DNA of 40,584 nucleotides. It comes from Rubrivivax sp. (GTDB taxonomy: Bacteria > Pseudomonadota > Gammaproteobacteria > Burkholderiales > Burkholderiaceae_C). Shown piece after piece: positions 37,888-40,584 of this stretch (position 1 is the stretch's first letter; each line of letters begins with the position of its first letter). The stretch is taken from the NCBI GenBank assembly GCA_030693565.1, contig JAUYAJ010000531.1, positions 1 to 40,584 of the forward strand, given 5' to 3'. A program made the position numbers and the translations under genes. Below the pieces are notes generated by a model. It did no database searches. It was not told the origin of the DNA and saw only the letters and a list, made by a program, of their open reading frames with translations.

Positions 37888-38931
37888 ATGCACTTCTTGT
37901 GGCCGCACAACCTGTGGTGGATGCTGGCGCTGCCTTTGCTGCCAGTGCTCTACCTGTGGCTGCTGCGTCGCGGCCGCAAGCTGGTGCTCACCTTGTCCAG
38001 CGTGCGCGTTGTTCGCGAGGCCGCGGGCCGCCCATGGCGGCAGCACGTTCCGCCGGCGCTGATCTTGCTGGCACTGTCGCTGCTGCTGCTGGCCCTGGCG
38101 CGCCCGACGGCGCGCGTGTCGCTGCCCTGGGCAAAGTCCACGATCCTGCTCGCGATCGACATCTCCCGCAGCATGCGCGTGGCAGACGTCCAGCCCACCC
38201 GCATGGTGGCCGCCCAGGAAGCGGCCAAGGCCTTCCTGATCGAGGTGCCCAGGCACATCGAAGTGGGGTTGATCACCTTCGCGGCCAGCGCCCAGGTGGC
38301 CCAGCGAGCCACGATCGACCGGCCCTCGCTCGTTGGCGCGGTCGACGCCATCCAGATGCAGTACGGCACGGCCATCGGCAACGCCATCGTGGTGAGCCTG
38401 GCCGAACTGTTCCCCGACCATGGCATCGACCTGACCGAAATGACCTTCGGCCCGCGCCGTGATGCGCGCAGCCTGGACCAGACGTCCAAGGCAGCGAAAG
38501 CACCGCCGAAAGCATTCACGCCCGTGCCGCCCGGCTCCTACGAGTCGGCCGCCATCATCTTGCTGAGCGACGGCCGCCGCACCACGGGGGTGGACACGCT
38601 GGAAGCGGCGAAGATGGCCGCCGATCGAGGCGTGCGGATCTACGTCGTCGGCCTGGGCACCCCCGACGGCCATGCTGCCCTGGGCGAGGGCATGGCCATC
38701 TACTTTCAACTGGACGAACCCACGCTGCGCCAGGTCGCGCAGATGACAGGCGGCGAGTACCACCATGCCGGCACGGCCGAGGCGCTGCGCGCCGTCTACC
38801 AGAACCTCGGTTCGCGCCTGCAGGTGAGCCCGCGCGACACCGAGCTGACGGCCTTGCTGGCGCTGGCGGCGGTGATCCTGCTGGTGGCGGGCGCAGGGCT
38901 GTCGATGCGGTGGTTCGGGCGCGTGGCCTGA
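37888..38931 (+). CDS. Membrane-anchored VWA-domain protein (BatA-like)
   Basis: N-terminal TMs ending ALARP; MIDAS DISRS, TAIG, LLSDG; C-terminal TM. Confidence 0.9.
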   Translation: MHFLWPHNLWWMLALPLLPVLYLWLLRRGRKLVLTLSSVRVVREAAGRPWRQHVPPALILLALSLLLLALARPTARVSLPWAKSTILLAIDISRSMRVADVQPTRMVAAQEAAKAFLIEVPRHIEVGLITFAASAQVAQRATIDRPSLVGAVDAIQMQYGTAIGNAIVVSLAELFPDHGIDLTEMTFGPRRDARSLDQTSKAAKAPPKAFTPVPPGSYESAAIILLSDGRRTTGVDTLEAAKMAADRGVRIYVVGLGTPDGHAALGEGMAIYFQLDEPTLRQVAQMTGGEYHHAGTAEALRAVYQNLGSRLQVSPRDTELTALLALAAVILLVAGAGLSMRWFGRVA

Positions 38932-38952
38932 GCGGGGGCCGGTGCGCGAGGC

Positions 38953-40011
38953 CTGGGAAAACCCACCCACCAGTGCCTTCACGACGTCGTTGCTCAGCGC
39001 CTTGGTGCCGGCCACATAAGCGGCGGGATCGGCGTTGAGCGTGTAGCTCGTCGTGTTGTCACTGCGGCCGCTGCCACTGAACATCGACAGCACATTGCCC
39101 ACCGCCTGCACGCCCGACACCATGCCGGGCGTGGTGTCGGCCAGCGCGCCAATGCCGCCTTGGATGCCGACTTCGTCTTCGATGGCGATGTCGCCAGCGG
39201 CCTCTCCGCTGGTCGGGAAAATGGCCATGCGCGTCAACTGCGGGTGGGAAGACAAGCCGGTTTCGGTGCTCAGCGTACCGGTGCGCGTCTGGCCCCCGTT
39301 GCCAAAGGCGTCGGGCACACGCCAAGTGGCGCCAAAGCTGGCTTCGATGCGCACCGGGCTGACGCCGATCATCAGACTGATGACGGCCACGCCGGACTCG
39401 GCCGCCTGCTTGCGGAACAGCGATTCCACATTCCGGGCCGCGGTCTGCAAGCCGATCGACGCCAGGCCCGCGAGGCCGGGCGCCACCGGCGTCCAACCTG
39501 GAATTGGCACATAGCCGTCATAAGCACTGGCGCCCATCATGAGCGCCTTGCTGCTTTGTTTGTTGCCTTCGGGAAAGCTGTACTCCCCGCCATTGGCCTG
39601 CACCAGGTTGTTCGACTTCAACATCGCCACCAGCGACGCGTTGTCCACCACGTCAAACCCTTGCGCTTTGAGGCCCGCCACCGCGGCCGCGTAGGCGGCG
39701 TCGGCGGCCGCCTGGAAGTCGGCCGCGGTCAAACCGGCCAGGGTGGTTTCGACGACGTTCGATGACGCTGCACCGCGGCTGCGAAAACCGCCGCCGACGA
39801 GGATCTGGCGTTTGCGATCGGTCAGGCAGGCCAGCGCAACGCTGCCCAGCACGACCCGCTTGCCGCCGGTCAGCGCGGCGACATTGCTGGTGCGCAAGCG
39901 GGCTTGTGCGATGGCCAAGCCCGGGGCGATGAGCCCGGTGAGGCCCGCAGCCGTGGCGGCCAGGGTCGAGGCAATGAGGCTGCGACGGTGGATCGAAAAC
40001 TGGCTCGACAC
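38953..40011 (-). CDS. Exported hypothetical protein (Tat-like leader); 3' end uncertain, frame stays open to 37804
   Basis: GGGAG + GTG at 40011; HRRSLIASTLAATAAG...AIAQA; globular-looking sequence to about ALVGGFS, antisense-like afterwards. Confidence 0.7.
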
Positions 40012-40240
40012 AAGCGACTCCCAAGCGGTGCGGCCAGCCATTCCAAGCCGCAGTTGCAATGTTGTGAGGATCGACGGGCGAAACTGACGTCAATGGGCAT
40101 ACCCATGACAGGTACGCGCCAACGCGGCGCGCCGAAGCTCATCGGTTTGCACGCGCTCCCCGTGAGCAGCGGGGGCGGGCTTGCCCGATCAGCAACAAGG
40201 CCACGACTGTGGGCTCGAACCCTGGCTTCGAGCTGCGATC

Positions 40241-40360
40241 TCAGAGCTTGAAGTCGTGGTCGATGATCAGCGGCGCGGGGTCGGGAATGCGCGGGTCCGG
40301 AAAGGTCTGCTCGCGCTTGGCGGTGGCGGCGATGCTAGCCGTCGCCAAGTGACAGTCACG
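40241..40360 (-). pseudogene. xth: Degenerate 3' remnant of exodeoxyribonuclease III
   Basis: RDCHLATASIAATAKREQTFPDPRIPDPAPLIIDHDFKL* resembles the Xth end (RxDYxLAT...SDHAPL..DYD), with SDH eroded to PDP. Confidence 0.6.
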
Positions 40361-40584
40361 CGCAAGAAAGGCCCACAGGAACACTGGACGATCGCCGGCA
40401 GCAAATGTTTTGTCCCCTCGCATTCAGGTGCTTGCGCGCCAGCATTGCGCAGTGAGCGGCGGCAGTCGAGCCCTATGCGTAGTTATCAACTATGTGTAGC
40501 TTGCCGTCCGGGCACGAGTTCCGTCGAGGGACGTGCGAACAAGGCGCCCCGCGCCGCTCTGCATAGTTTCCGGTCCCCTCCTGT

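Overview
A GC-rich window that looks betaproteobacterial (Burkholderiales-like; inferred from Bug/TctC, PEP-CTERM and gene style). It holds about 30 intact CDSs and several decayed genes; I see no rRNA, tRNA, CRISPR array, integrase or transposase. In order: the end of an oxidoreductase with a 41-bp duplication of its 3' end; a PEP-CTERM protein; a histone H1-like protein; a cyclase-AAA-TPR protein; a disrupted fadE; an nfeD-floA-yqfB-like operon; a methyltransferase; a flavoprotein disulfide reductase; a GST; an ABC importer; a kinase/regulator/GlcG-HbpS/exported ankyrin module; a Cys/His-motif hypothetical; ycbB-ycbK-type peptidoglycan genes; a Lon-family protease; a LysR-controlled CoA-transferase/CitE-lyase/Bug cluster; a deleted GYD gene followed by an apparently exported deaminase and a second ankyrin; a four-domain beta/gamma-crystallin glycine-zipper protein; two GSTs; a VWA protein; a Tat-type hypothetical lacking a nearby stop; and a degenerate xth 3' remnant. 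Best candidates for something new: (i) two paralogous signal-peptide-bearing YahD-like ankyrins, coupled to a heme-binding protein with its two-component system and to an exported deaminase; (ii) a 57-bp CTAG-flanked palindromic mini-element in two copies, one disrupting fadE; (iii) a complete Bacillus-type flotillin triad; (iv) the tetra-crystallin protein. All family calls come from motif recognition by eye, not database searches.
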